A DNA stretch of 64,000 nt. Origin: the human T2T-CHM13v2.0 reference genome, Homo sapiens. The stretch is from NCBI RefSeq assembly GCF_009914755.1, contig NC_060936.1. One strand, written 5' to 3'. The notes beneath the pieces are model-generated. The model did no database searches. It was given only the letters and a program-made list of their open reading frames with translations, and was not told the origin of the DNA. The position numbers and the translations under genes are program-made. This document shows positions 47,954 through 62,800 of the stretch, one piece after another (positions within the stretch are counted from its first letter, which is position 1; each line of letters starts with the position of its first letter).

Positions 47954-50929
47954 CTGTAACAATGACAATGGTTCTATTATTGCCCAACTCTTAAGGAAAT
48001 TCCCAGTTGCTTGGTTTAGTTCTCTCATAGAGTGCCCCTAATCACATGCAAGAAGTGTGAGCCCCCAAGTTCTGGAGGCCCAACAGTGTCCAAGATTGTT
48101 GAACCTTGATTTGACCTCAAACCAAGGTCAGTGAGGGACTTACAACTCAAGGGCAGCTTGGCTGCAGTCTCCTTCACTTTACTGTCTATTCCTTGTGATC
48201 TTTCATTCCCTTCTCAGTTGGAGAAATCTAATCCTTCCAAGTGTTCCTCTCTCCTCCCAGTCACCCTCTTGCACCCTCTTTCTCCTTCTCCTTTCTCCAG
48301 ACTTAAACTTTCAAAGTAGGAAGAAAATTGTGAAACTTCAGTGCTTTATGAGAGCACTGAAGACTTTGGTCTCAAATTTGGTGACCAGTTTCTTAAATCT
48401 TTGCTTGTGATGTGGGGTATGTCACCTTCAAAACCCCAGGAAAGAAGGGCTAGAACTCAAACAATATATTGAGATATAATGCTTGCAAGTGAATTCCCTA
48501 AGAATAAGGATCTGATTGGGCATCCACTAAGCAGTCAGTAACTATAGGGGCACTCTATATGATGTGATTATAGCAAATAAATTATAAACCATGATTTTAA
48601 GCCAAGTTATTGTTTATGGATGTTTGATTTTAGGTCAGGCATCGATCCTTGGACTTACACTTAAATTCAGAGTGTCAGAGGCACATGGCACCAAGTAGAA
48701 CATTCTACGTATAAAAGGCTAGCTGCAGCCACTGTCAAAAAAGGCAGCTTGTCTTAGAAGAGGTCTGTAGATAAGCCAGCCAGCCCACATTGGGTTCAGT
48801 TCACTGTTATCATATGAAACCTCATTTTAAAAGGCAGTTATTTAATCTCTATAATTCATATTTTCATTTTATTGGCTGGAAAATCCTTGCCCTTTGATTG
48901 GTAGAGAGTCCTCCAACTCGTCAGAGTGGGAAATTCCCCAATTTGTAATGAGCGTTGAATGGTAAAAGTGAACTCTTTATACCCTACCAAGAGCCAAAAA
49001 GGAAAGAGGCAAAATATCCAAGCAAATAGAAGCAGAAAGAAAATTTAAAGTGATACAATGCATAAGCTTGATATGTTTATATGCCTTATGCAGTTTGCAA
49101 AGTACTTCTACATAACTTACCAAGAAAAAAAAAAAACCAATGCTATGATTAGAGATTTTCCTTGTTTAGTTATTGCTAGTTTTATGAGTCTCTTTTCCTC
49201 TGTAAAGTGAAGCTAATCTCAGGATCTAGATTTCATAATTGTTGTGAAAGTCAAATGAAATAAAGAATGTGAAAAAATTTCATGAACTCCATTGTATTGC
49301 ACAGTAATAGAATTTTGTAAAATCTTATCAAATTCAATTATTATTTAGATCAATAATAATATGTTAAGGACTTTTTATGTGCCAGAGAATATGCTATGTG
49401 CCAGAAATATAAATATAAATAACACATAGTCCCTACTCTCAAAGAGCTAAAAGTTTCATGTGCAAGACAAAAATGGGGAAAATGATTTCAATAAAATATA
49501 GTAAATACGTGATAAAGGCATACTTAAAATCTGAGGGTGCATAGATTAGTCCAATCATGAGGTATACAAAAATATCCTGGAGAAAATGATGTCTTAAAGA
49601 ATGAGAAACAATCTTGAAGAATGTAGAGTTGAAAATCCCTAGTTTTTAATTTACCACTTTATAGAGAAATTAAGTATCAGTTTGTTCTATTAATGTATAA
49701 GCTATTTGTACCTTGCTAGCTCCCCTATTACAGTGAAAACATCTTTAGGAAGGGACCATGTCTTATTTACTTTGTATGCCCCCTGAGTCTACTTGAATGT
49801 TTTAAAGAATTGACTCAAGTACTCTGAACACAAATGAAGGTACAGATAACTACACATAACTACATATATAATTACAAAGATTTGATTGTCACGTAATGTC
49901 ATAGAATTATAGAATTTCAGACCTGGAACTGGAATTGATCTTGGAGGGCATTTAATCCACATTGCAAATATGATGTAGAAGAAACTAAGTTGCAGAAAAA
50001 GCCATGCAAGTGATTAATGGCTGTATCTGAAAGCTGGGATTCTTATTATTTTAAACTATTATTAAGTATGGCCATAGTTTTGTGTGCTTATATAGATATG
50101 TTTATATAGAAATGTATATGCAAATATGTATGAGCAAGCATATGGAAGACATACATGCATAGATACATTGAATTCACAAGGATGTCGGCATCCCAGCTTG
50201 AAGATCCCTTGAATTATAAATATCTAAACATTTCATTACGAGGTAAAAAACAGATCCAGATCTTAAGCCCCCCAGTTGCCATTTGCAAAACTGCCTTTTG
50301 TTCTTAATTTTAAGGAATTTTAAAGTTGCTCTATCCTGGAACTCATTATTTTTTGTTACAAAGAAAGCTAATAAATTACGGGTTTCTAGGTCAATATCAA
50401 GGAAAACACTTTTGACAGAAGTAATATTCTAAATGGTTCTTAGGTATTTGGTGTTCTGTAACCCAGTTTCTTGCCACCGTAAGTTGTGTCGAAATGGGGT
50501 GCCAATAGATATTTCCACTGAGAGAGACTAATGATCATGGCAAAAGTTCCAGACACATAAACACTGGCTTCACCCAATCCGCCCCTCATCGTTGCTTGGG
50601 AAAATACTAAGCACTGGGAACCAAACTAGGCAATGGGACACGCTATTTTTTATGAAAACTTGATTTTCTTAGGGCAGCTTTGGGTTCATGGCAAAAGAAA
50701 GGCAGAAATGGAGATTTCCCATGTGTTCCCTGCCCCACACGTGCACAGCCTCCCCCAGTATCAACATCCCCCAACAGAGCGGTACATTGACATCATTATT
50801 ACCAAAGTTCACTGTTTATATCAGAGTTTGCTCTTGGTCTTGTGTATTCTATGTGACATGTCTACCATTATAATACCATGCAGAGTATTTTCATTTTCCT
50901 AAAAATCCTCTATGCTCTACAGACACTCT

Positions 50930-51329
50930 TTTTATTGTTGTTGTTGTTTTGTTCCTTTGTCAATTTTTATTTCAGATTCAGGGGTTACATATGCAGGTTT
51001 GTTACAAAGGTATATTGCATGATGCTGAAGTTTGGGGTATGATTGAACCCACATCAACGTCGTACCCAATAGATAGTTTTTCAGCTCTTGCCTCCGCCCT
51101 CTAGTAGTCTCCAGTGTCTGTTGTTGCCATCTTCATGTCCATGTATACCCGATGTTTACCTCCCACTTACAAGTAAGATGCAGTATTTGGTTTTCTGTTT
51201 CTGTGTTAGTTTGCTTAGGATAATGGCCTCCAGGTGCATCCATGTTGCTGTGAAATAAATGATTTCATTCTTTTTTTAAAACTGCATAGGATTCCATGGT
51301 GTATATATATATGTGTGTGTGTGTGTTTA

Positions 51330-51362
<33 letters not shown>

Positions 51363-51580
51363 AATCACATTTTTTTCATACAAATCACTGTTGATGGGTA
51401 CCTGAGTTGATTCCATGTTTTTGTTACTGTGACTAGTGCTGCAATAAACATACAAGTGCATGTGTATTTTTGGTAGAACAATTTATTTTCCTTTGGGTAT
51501 ATTCCCAGTAATGGGATTGCAGGGTGGAATGGTAGTTCTGGTTTAAGTTCTTTGAGAAATCTCTAATCTGCTCTCCCCAG
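50930..51580 (-). mobile_element. Older L1PA 3' end with internal (TG)n/(TA)n microsatellite
   Basis: L1 3'UTR on the minus strand. Microsatellite at 51300-51360. Confidence 0.85.
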
Positions 51581-51974
51581 GGAAACACTATTTTTTAACA
51601 AGGGATTTAGACCCACACTCTAACCCGAAACTCCAGTGTGCTTGCCTGTACTGTGTAGAAGACTACCTGAGTGAGGAGGGTCTGAAAGGCCTCAAACTAA
51701 ATAAAGCTGAAACCCCTATTTCACCTTCTTCTCTCTTGAGCAGAAACATTAATCTAAGCTCTTTCTACTTCAAAGCAAGGAAAGGCTGATCCAGAGAACT
51801 TTGGTGGCAAGAAGAGAGAACTGGCAAGCTAAAAAGAGAAGGCCTACCTAATGCCTAGAGAAGAGCAGGCTTAGTCTACCTACACAACTCAGATATTATG
51901 AGCTGCTCACATTTTCTTATGTTAGTGAAGTGAGACAGAGTCAAAGGTTTCAGAGGTGGGTCAAAGAAAGAAAG

Positions 51975-52399
51975 TGTATTAGGCCATTCTGGCATTGCTA
52001 TAAAGGAATACCTGTGACTGGGTAATTTACAAAGAAAAGAGGTTTAATTGGCTCATGGTTCCACAGGCTTTACAGGAAGCATGGTGCTGACATTTGCTCA
52101 GCTTCTGCGGAAGCTTCAGGAAAGTGTCCAATTATGGCTGAAGGCAAAGGGAGAGCAGGCACATCACATGGCAAAAGCAGGAGCAACAGTGAGAGGGAGA
52201 AGTGCCACACACATTTATATAATACGATCAGATCTCACAAGAACTCACTATCACGAGAAGAGCCCCAAGAAGATGGTGCTAACTCATTCATGATAAATCC
52301 ACCCCATGATCCAGTCACCTCTCATCGGGCCCCACCCCCAACACTGGGGATTACATTTCAACATGAGACTTGGGCGGGGCAAATATCCAAACTATATCA
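51975..52399 (-). mobile_element. MaLR solo LTR, MST-like
   Basis: TG...CA ends with 5-bp TSD gaaag. Confidence 0.9.
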
Positions 52400-53259
52400 G
52401 AAAGCTACCCCGGAGAGGGATAGCTCCCCAACTATACACTAAATTTCCCGCCTCACGGGAGAAAGAGGAACAGCCCAAGGCTGTGGTCTGGGTTCTTTCA
52501 CTCTAGATTCAAAGAAGCAAGAAAGTCAAAAGGGCCACATTCATTTATTCCTTTACCTCAACACAGTGAAGCTTCTATCCATCAGCAAAAACAGCAATAA
52601 AATTATCTCAAACGTGCCCATCAGCCTTCCCCAAAAGTGGTTGAGCAGTTGTAGATTGGGGTATCTGAGCTCTTCTTGACCTACAAGGGGGTCTTTAAGC
52701 GGTTCAGTGGAAAAATTCCAAACAACCAACTTTGAAATGACGGAACTTTTATGTACAAAAGTACACAGACAAGGGAATCATGTCATATACTCAAGACAGA
52801 GAAGCAAAGTGAATAAATCAAGCAATTGATCTTTTTCTATCTTGTATCATAAACAGAATATCTATTTATGCCTGTGCCCGTTCTCTGAGCATATTAAACT
52901 CAACTTCTCTACACTTGAAATACTAGCCTTTTCCTTTTTATGGCTCTTCATATATTTTTTATATACATTACCCACCTCACCTTCTTACTTTGCTATGCAT
53001 ACTGTTGAATCATTAAAATGTCCTCTGTGGTTGCATTTACATTACTTACTGTTATGGTGTTAGAGAGATGAATGAACTTTGTTTTGTTGCTTTTGCGCTG
53101 TTCAATGACGTTTTTATCTTTCTAAATTCACTCCAGAATACTACACATATTCATACAGAAAACTTACTTATAAAATGACAACTTTAGTTATGATAATAAT
53201 AATAAAATAACGAAAATGTTCTTGAAACCATTGTTCTTTACTTAACCCAAGAAATTTAT

Positions 53260-56200
53260 ATTTTTAAAAGAGCTCTATTGAGGATTTGAGATTTTTTAAT
53301 TGTGATAAGAGCACTTAACTTGAGATTCACCCTCTATTGACATACAATAAGCTACACAAATTTAAATTATACAACTCAATAAGTTCTAAGATATGTATCA
53401 ACACACTGAAGATAGAAAAATTATCTCCAGCCCCCCAAATTTCCTTGCATTCACTTATAATCCATTCTGCCCATCTCCCTGATTCAATCTCCTAATAACC
53501 ATTGTTCTGCTTTCATCATGAAACATGAGTTTCATTTTATAAATCAAATTATACAGTATCTATTTTGGAGGGCTGATTTCTTTTACCCAGCAAAGTTATT
53601 TTGAGAGTCATCTATGTTGTGGCAAATCAATAGCTCATTCTTTTTAATTATTGAGTATTATTCCATAGCATGGGTATAACAATTTCATCTGTTCACCTGT
53701 TGAACATTTCATTTCTCCTCAGTAAATACCTAGGAGTTTAATGGTTGAATCATAAGGTAAGTGTATGTATGCTGGCATCTTATTTTAGCTTTAACTTGCA
53801 TTTCCTTAATAATGAATGATGTTAAGCATTTTTGTGTCTTATTTTCCAACCATATATCTTCTTTGGTGAAGTGTCTGTTGTTTAAATCTTTTGTCCATTA
53901 AAAAAATTGGGTTATTTATGTTCTTGAGGCTTCAGAGTTCTTCTAAACACAAGTACTTTATCAGAGATGTGCTTTGCAATTATTTTCTTCTAGTCTGTGG
54001 CTTGCCTTCTTATTCTCTTACAGTGCTTTTTGAGAAGCGGAAATCTAGGTTTTGATAGAACCCAATTTATCGTTTCTTTTTTAATAGATTGTGCTTTTGA
54101 TATATCTAAGAAAGTTTTGCCTAGCCCAAGGTCACCAAAATTTCCTCGTATGCTTTCTTTTAATGTTTCACGTTTAAGGTTTAATATTTAGGTCTGTGAT
54201 CCATTTGAGTTATGTTTGTATATTATACATAAAATGGATTGAAGCTAATTTTGGGGGATTTCTGATTGTTGAGGCATAATTTATTGAAAATACTATCTTT
54301 TCTCCTTTTAATTGCCTTTGCATCTTAGTTTAAAAAAAGTTGTTCATATATGTGTGAGTCTATTCCTGAACTTTATTATTTTCCATTGATCTACTTTTTT
54401 ATCTTGACTCCAATTCCATATTTTCTTGATTGCTCTAGTTATACAAGTCTTGAAATTAGCTAGTGTTTGTCTTCCAGTTTTGTTCTGTTTCAGAACTATT
54501 TTTGTCATTCTAGGTCCTTTGCATTTTTATATAAACCATAGAAACAGTTTGTCCCTTTCTATATAAAAACCTGCTGGTATTTTGATTGAGATTGAATTGA
54601 ATCTAAAAATCAATTTGATTTAATTTTTGACTATTTGATGCTAGCATATAGAAATACAATCAATTTTTGTATGTTGATTTGTATCCTGAACCCTTAGTAA
54701 AGTAACTTATTAGTTTGAATAGATATTTTTACTTTCATTGAATTTTCTACATAGGTGATCATACCTTCTGCAAACAAGACAGTTTCACTTCTTTCTTTTC
54801 AATCTGTCTCCCTTGATTTTTCTCGTTATATTGCATAAGCTAAAACCTTATGTATAATGTTGAATACAAGTGCTGTGGGTGGACATTGTTGTCTTGTTCC
54901 TAATCTTAGCGGGAAAGCCCTTAGTCTTTCTCCATTAAATGTGATGATAACTGTATTTTTTCATAGATGCTCTTTCTTAGATTGAGGAAGTCTTCTATTT
55001 CCATTTTGCTGAAAGTTTTCTTCTTTGAATCAGGATATTTGTTTTTGTCAAATACTTTTTATGCATCTATGAGGAGGATCTTTTTTTAAGTTTTTAATGT
55101 AGTGAATTACATTAATTGATTTTATTTTCAAATATTAAGCCATACTTACATTCTTGGGATAAACTCTACTTGGTCATGATATATCTTTGCATATTGTTGC
55201 ATTCAATTTTCTACAAACTTTTAGAATTTGTGCATCTTTGTTCATGAGGAATATTAGTCTGTTGATTTCCTTTTTGTAATGTCTTTATTAGTCCTGGCAT
55301 CAGTATAATGCTGGCCTCATGAAATGATATGGCAAAAATTCCCTCTTCTTCAATTTTCTAGAAGAGTTTGCATAGAGTGTTATTAGTTCTTTAAATATTT
55401 AGTAGAATTCACCAATGAAACTATCTGGAGCTCAAAAATTTTCTTTGTGGGAAAGTTTTTAGATACACATTAAATTGTTTTGATAGATATAGAACTGTTT
55501 AGGTTATTTGTTTCTTGTGTAAGATTGGGCACTTTTTTTCTTTTTTTTTTGTTTAACAGAGTCTCTCTCTGTCACCCAGCCTGGAATGCAGTGGTGCGGT
55601 CTTGGCTCAGGGCAACCTCTGCCTTTCGGGTTCAAGTGATTCTCCTGCCTCAGCCTCCCAAGTAGCTGAGACTACAGGCACGTGCCACCATGCCCGGCTA
55701 ATTTTTGTATTTTTAGTAGAGGCGGGGTTTTGCCACGTTGGCCAGGCTGGTCTCAAACTCCTCACCTCAGGCGATCCACCCACCTCGGCCTCCCAAAATG
55801 CTGGGATTATAGGCGTGAGCCACCGTGCCCAGCTGGTTGGGTACTTTTTGTCATTAAAGAAATTTCTCCATTTTACCTAAGTTTTTTAATCATTAAAATA
55901 ATGTTTATATTTCCTTATTTTTCTTTTAATATCTGTGGAATCTGCAGCAATGTCACCTCTCTCATACTTAATATTTGTCATTGTCACCCCTCTTTGGTCT
56001 TCATTAGTCTGACTAGAAATGCATGAATTTTATTTACCTTTTTAATGAACCACCTTTTTGCTTTTAATTTTTTCTGTTTTTCCCATTTTCTATTTAATTT
56101 TAAAATGTCTGTTCTAGTCTTATTTATTCTCTTCTTTTTAGTTTGGATTTACTTTGTTTATCTTTTTCTAATTTTTTTAGGTAGAAGCTGAGTTCATTGA

Positions 56201-56640
56201 CTTGAGACCTTTCTTTTCTAATATAGACATTTAGTGCAATAAATTTCCCCTTAAGTACTGATTTTGCAGCATCTCACAAATCTAGATACGCTATGTTTTC
56301 ATTTTATTCCATTTAAAATACTTCATGATTTTTCTTTAATTTCTCCTTTGACTAGTGGGTTAGGTAGGCATGTGCCATATATTTCCAAGTATTTGTAGAT
56401 TTTCAGAGATCCTTTTGTATTGGCTTCTAATTTAATTCTATTGTGCTCAGAAAACATAATTTATAGGACTTGAATCTTTTAAACTTTTCGGAATTATTTT
56501 ATAGTCAGAATATAATATAGTTTTGTTAATGTTCTATATGTACTTCAAAAGAATGTGTTGTTACTGGAAATAGTGTTCTATTAATGTTAAATAAGTTAAG
56601 CTGGTTGATATTATTGTTCAACAATCTACATGCTTAAAGT
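53260..56640 (-). mobile_element. Ancient L1M ORF2/3' remnant, containing an AluS at ~55533-55834
   Basis: Degenerate T-rich antisense L1 ORF2 motifs. Alu TSD-like ttggg(c/t)acttttt. Confidence 0.8.
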
Positions 56641-57050
56641 TTTGAAGAGTAACTATCCAACTCTTCAAGCTTTCTGGAATTGCTGTAATATGGCAGTAAG
56701 GAGGATGTGCTTATCTATTGCCCACATTTCAATTTGATGTGGTCTAGTCCTATTTCAGAAATTAGAATAAACTATTTCTAAATTATAACAACTTTAGGGT
56801 TGTAAGAAATAAACATAAAGTCAGGATATATCAGCTAATGGTCATCATTTTAAGGAAATATGGGAAATTTCTAAAAAACAGGTATCAGCAACAAGCCAGG
56901 GCTTATAGTAACAGGGTTCCTGGCTGTTCAGTGTGAAACAGTGTATCTTGTTTTCAAAAGGCAGCCTTTTTAAGTGGATAGCAACCCTAGCTTTCTGCCA
57001 AGGTAACAACTCTGTTCTTCTGCTCTCTCTGTTTTCTGTTCTTTAAATTA

Positions 57051-57705
<655 letters not shown>

Positions 57706-57779
57706 TAAATTCTTTAACAATGAGTAAACCGTTCCTTATTTTCTTTCTTTGTGACTCATTGTTTGTGCTTATGCATGTC

Positions 57780-57780
<1 letters not shown>

Positions 57781-57827
<47 letters not shown>

Positions 57828-58748
57828 CTTTAAGTTCTGGAATATATGTGCAGAACGAGCAGGTTTGTTACATAGGTATACACGTGCCATGGTGGTTTGC
57901 TGCACCCATCAACCCCTCACCTACATTAGGTATTTCTCCTAATGCTATGTCCCCGCTAGCCCCCCACTCCCCGACAGGCCCCAGTGTGTGATGTTCCCCT
58001 CCCTGTGTCCATGTGTTCTCATTGGTCAATTCCCACTTATGAATGAGAATATATGGTGTTTGGTTTTCTGTTCCTGTGTTAGTTTGCTGAGAATGATGGT
58101 TTCCAGCTTCATCTATGTCCCTGCAAAGGACATTAACTCATCCTTTTTTATAGCTGCATAGTATTCCGTGCTGTGTATGTGCCACATTTTCTTTATCCAG
58201 TCTATCATTGATGGGCATTTGGGTTGGTTCCAAGTCTTTGCTATTTGTGAATAGTGCTGCAATAAACATATGTGTTCATGTGTCTTTACAGTAGAATGTT
58301 TTATAATCCTTTGGGCATATATCCAGCAATGGGATTGCTTGGTCAAATGGTATTTCTGGTTCTAGATCCTTGAGGAATCACCACACTGTATTCCACAATG
58401 GTTGAACTAATTTATACTCCCACCAACAGTGTAAAAGTGTTCCTATTTCTCCACATCCTCTCCAGCATCTGTTGTTTCCTAACTTTTTAATGATCACCAC
58501 TCTATCTGGCATGAGATGGTATCTCGTTGTGGTTTTGATTTGCATTTCTCTAATGACCAGTGATGATGAGCTTTTTTTCATATGTTTTTTGACCACACCC
58601 ATGTCGTCTTTTAAGACGTATCTGTTCATATCCTTTGCCCAATTTTTGATGGGGTTGTGGGAGAAAATTTTTGCAATCTACACATCTGACAAAGGGCCAA
58701 TATCCAGAATCTACAAGGAACTTAAACAAATTTACAAGAAAAAAACAA
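57781..58748 (-). mobile_element. 5'-inverted truncated L1PA with (TTA)n tail
   Basis: Minus-strand 3' part 57781-58657, inverted 5' part 58658-58748, TSD atgtctt. Confidence 0.9.
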
Positions 58749-59279
58749 ATGTCTTCTATTTTTCTAGTTTCTTCTTTTTACTTTCTCATGGAGTATCACT
58801 TTACTTCTGGGCCACTTTATCATTTGTATTCCTCTCTGTCCCTCTCATTCAGACACTTGCAAAGAGGTTCTCTGACTGGCTTGTTTCTCACCAAACAAGC
58901 CAGATCATTCCTCTTGCATAGATGTCTCATCCTTGGTCATGATATATGTCACTAGCTTTAAAAAATAATTTTATTTATTAGCCATTAATTATCTCTTTTC
59001 ATAGCTAAGTACTATTAAATACCTACAGTAAGTATGAAATTTCATCAACATGTTAGCAGAAAAGACTGACAAGCTTTCATAGTTTAATGTATTTTAAGTT
59101 TCTTTTAATCTATATAAAGATGACAGATAATTGTCTCAAAACAAGGATTAAGAGGTTATATACTGAAAACTTAAAATACAAATTGAGGATATTGCACATT
59201 ACCAATAAAAACCTGTTGAAATAATTCTTTAGTACAAATACTGTTTAACCACACCATTTTTACTTGCTTTTCAGAATAA

Positions 59280-62200
59280 ATTTCGAGATCGTTTAGAGGA
59301 ATACAAAATCATCCAATACAGTAAAATTCACAATGTCAGGTAATTCAAACAAAGATTACCAGCGATACAGTAAAACCTGAAAACATGAACCATCATGAAA
59401 ATAATCAGCCCCAACAGACTTTTTGTGTAGGAATTAACAAGCCAACTCTAAAATTCACATGGAAATGCCAAGGACCTACAATGGCCAAAATCAGTCTCAA
59501 ATAGAAGAAAAACTTGAAGGTCTAACAGTACCTGATTTCAATAATTCTTATAAAGCTACAGTAATCAGCGTGCTACTGGTATAAACATAGACAATTAGTG
59601 GAACAGAATAGAATAGTCTAGAAATATATTCAAAAGCCTATGGACAACTAATTTTGATAAAGGTGCAAAAGCAATGCAACAGAGAAAAGATAGTGTTTTC
59701 AACAAATAGTACTGAAAGAACGGGATATCCGTATTTTTTAAATGAATTTGCATCCATGACTCTCACCATATTTAAGAATTCACTTAAAGTGAATCACCAA
59801 CCTAAACTATAAAACTTTTAAAAAATAGGAGAAAATCTTTTTGACCTTGTATTAGGCTAAAGATTATTAGATATGATGCCAAAAGAATAATCTATAAAAG
59901 AACAAATGGATAAATTGGACTTCATACACATAAAAAACCTTCAGCTCCCCAAATGATACTGTTAAAAAAAATGAAAAGACAACTACAGGCTGGAAGAAAA
60001 TACTTATAAAGTGCATGTCTGATAAAGGAATTGTATTCAGAATATATTAAAAATGCACAAAAATTAAACAATAAAAACTCCAATATTTTAAAATGGCAAA
60101 GATTTGAACAGATTTTTCACCAAAGAAGATATATGGATGAGAAATAAGCACAAGAAAAGATCCTCAACATCATTAATCATGACAGAAATGCAAATACACA
60201 CCACAAAATACCATTATACACCTATTAAAATTCTAAAATTAAAAATACTGACCATACCAAGTGTTGTCAAGAATGTGGAGCAACTGGAAGTCTCAGACAC
60301 TAACGGTAGGAATGTAATATGTATTGTACAACTGCTTTGGAAAACAGTTCTAACAGTTTCTTAAAAAGTTAAGAATACTCTTATGATCCAGCAATTCTGC
60401 TTCTAGGTATTTACCCAAGAAAAAAATAAAAGTGTATATATTAGCAAGGGTTCTTCAGAGAAACAGAAACAATGGAATATGTATAGATATATAACAGGGA
60501 TTTCTTTTTGGAATTGGATCACATGATTATGAAGGTCGAGAAGACCCATAATTTGCTATCTGTAAGCAAGAAAACCAGGAAAGCTGGTGGAGTAATTCAT
60601 TCCAAGCCTGAAGTCCTGAGAACCAGAGAAACCCATGGTGTAACTCTTAGTCCAAGGTCAAAAAGCTGAGAATATAGTAGCTTGGATTGGGGACCACTGG
60701 TGTAAGTTGTGGAGTCCAAAGGCCCAAGAACTTGTACCTCTAATATCTAATGGGAGAAAATGGATGTCCCAGCTCAAAGTGAGAGAAAATTCACCCTTTC
60801 TCTCTTTGTTCTACCCATATCCTCAACAGATTGGATGATGTCTGCCCACAACAGTGACATCATTTTCTTTATTCAGTGTACTGATTTAAATACTAATATC
60901 TCTTCCAGAAATACTGTCACAGACATACCCAGAATAATGTTTTGTCAGCTATTTGGGCATCCCTTAACCCAGTCAAGTTGACACATAAAATTAATTAACT
61001 ATCACAGTATATTTCTATTAAACACTTGTACACAATTATTTATAGCATCTTTATTTGTCATATCCAAAATCCAATTGTCTGTAAATAAATGAATAAATAA
61101 ACTTACCTGTAGAAATTCATTCAATGGAATACTATTCAGCAATATAAAGGAATATGCTATTGATTTGCCACAACAGGAATGAATCTCAAAATGGTTATGC
61201 TCAATAAAAGAATCCATACTGGAGAGTACATACTGTTTGATTCTATTTGTATACAATTATTGCAAATGAAAATTAATAGAAATATAAATTAAAGAAAAGC
61301 AATTCAGCAGTAAGAAAACAAATAGTACAATTAAGAAAAAGGCAAAGGACCTGCATAGACATGTCTCAAGAGAAAACATACAAATGGCCAAAAGGTAAAT
61401 AAAGAAATGCTCAAAATAATTAATCATCTGGAAAATGCAAATTAAAACCACAATGAGATATCAACTCACACCTGTTAGAATGGCTATTACCAAAGGACAA
61501 AAGATAGCGAGTGTTGGCAAGGAAGTAGAGAAAGCAGAAGCCTTGTACTCTGTTGATGGAAATGTAAATTAGTACAGCCATTATGAAAAGCAGTATCGAG
61601 GATCCTCAAAAAGTTAAAAATAGAACTACCATATGATCCAGTAATTCCATTAAGAGTACTAAGTGAAAAGATAAGAAATCAGTATGCTGAAGAGATATCT
61701 GGATTCCCATGTTTACTGTAGCATTATTCAAAATAGCCAAGATATGAAATCAATCTAGGTGTCCAACAATGGATGAATGGATAAGGAGAATGTGGCATAT
61801 ATACACACTGGAATCCTATTCATCCTGTCATTTGCAACAACATGAATGATAAGCCAGACCCAGAAGGACTTGTACTGCATGATTTCATTTATATGTGGAA
61901 TCTAAAAAAGTTGAATCATGGAAGTAGAGAATAGAATGGTGGTTACCGGCCAGGTGCGGTGGCTCACGCCTGTAATCCCTGCACTTTGGGAGGCCAAGGA
62001 GGGTGGATCATGAGTTCAAGAGATCGCGGCCAACATGGTGAAACCTTGTCTCTACTAAAAATACAAAAGTTAGCCAGGTGTGGTGGCAGACACCTGTAGT
62101 CCCAGCTACTCGGGAGGCTGAGGCAGGAGAATCACTTGAACCTGGGAGGCGGAGGTCGCAGCGAGATTGTGCCACTGCACTCCAGCCTGGCAACAGGGTG

Positions 62201-62800
62201 AGACTCCGTGTCAAAAAAAAAAAAAAAAAAAAAGAATGGTGGTTACCAGAGGCTGGGGTGTGTGGGGATTAGGGAGGTGTTAATCAAAGGATACAAAATT
62301 GTATTAGACAGAAAGAACAAATTCAAGAGATCTATTGTATATCATTTTTACTATTATTAATAATAATATATTATATACTTGAAAATTACTGAGATTTTAA
62401 GTATCCTCACCACTAAAAATTGTATCTGTGATCATGCATATGTTAATTAACTTGATTTAGCCATCCTACAGTGTGTGCATATATCAAAACATGTTGTACA
62501 CCAAAAATATATGGAATATTTATATGTGAATTTAAAATTTTAAAACAAAGAAAATTAGTGGAAATACAAATTAAAGGAGAGCAGAACAGTGGTTGTTTAG
62601 GGCCCAAGGGGTGAAAAGGAATGATGGGAAGCAGGGGTTACAAAGGGATATTTGGGAACTTTTAAGAGTGATACCTATTTTCATTACATTAATTGTGGTT
62701 ATGTTTCATAGGTATATAAATACATTAAAACTTATATATATTTTAAATATGTGTAGTTCAATATATGTCAATTATCTCCAATAAAGCTGTTAAGACAAAA
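59280..62800 (+). mobile_element. Old L1M fragments with nested MLT2 LTR (~60433-61005) and AluS (61948-62232)
   Basis: Degenerate ORF2 C-termini. MLT2 ends (agggttcttcagagaaacagaa...cagtcaagttgacacataaaattaa). Alu TSD agaatggtggttacc. Confidence 0.8.

Noticed and set aside
59275-59339. Plus-strand exon-like segment (ttttcag|AATAAATTTCGAG...CAG|gtaatt)
   Set aside because: It resembles old L1M sequence contiguous with the downstream L1 remnant, and has no partner exons.
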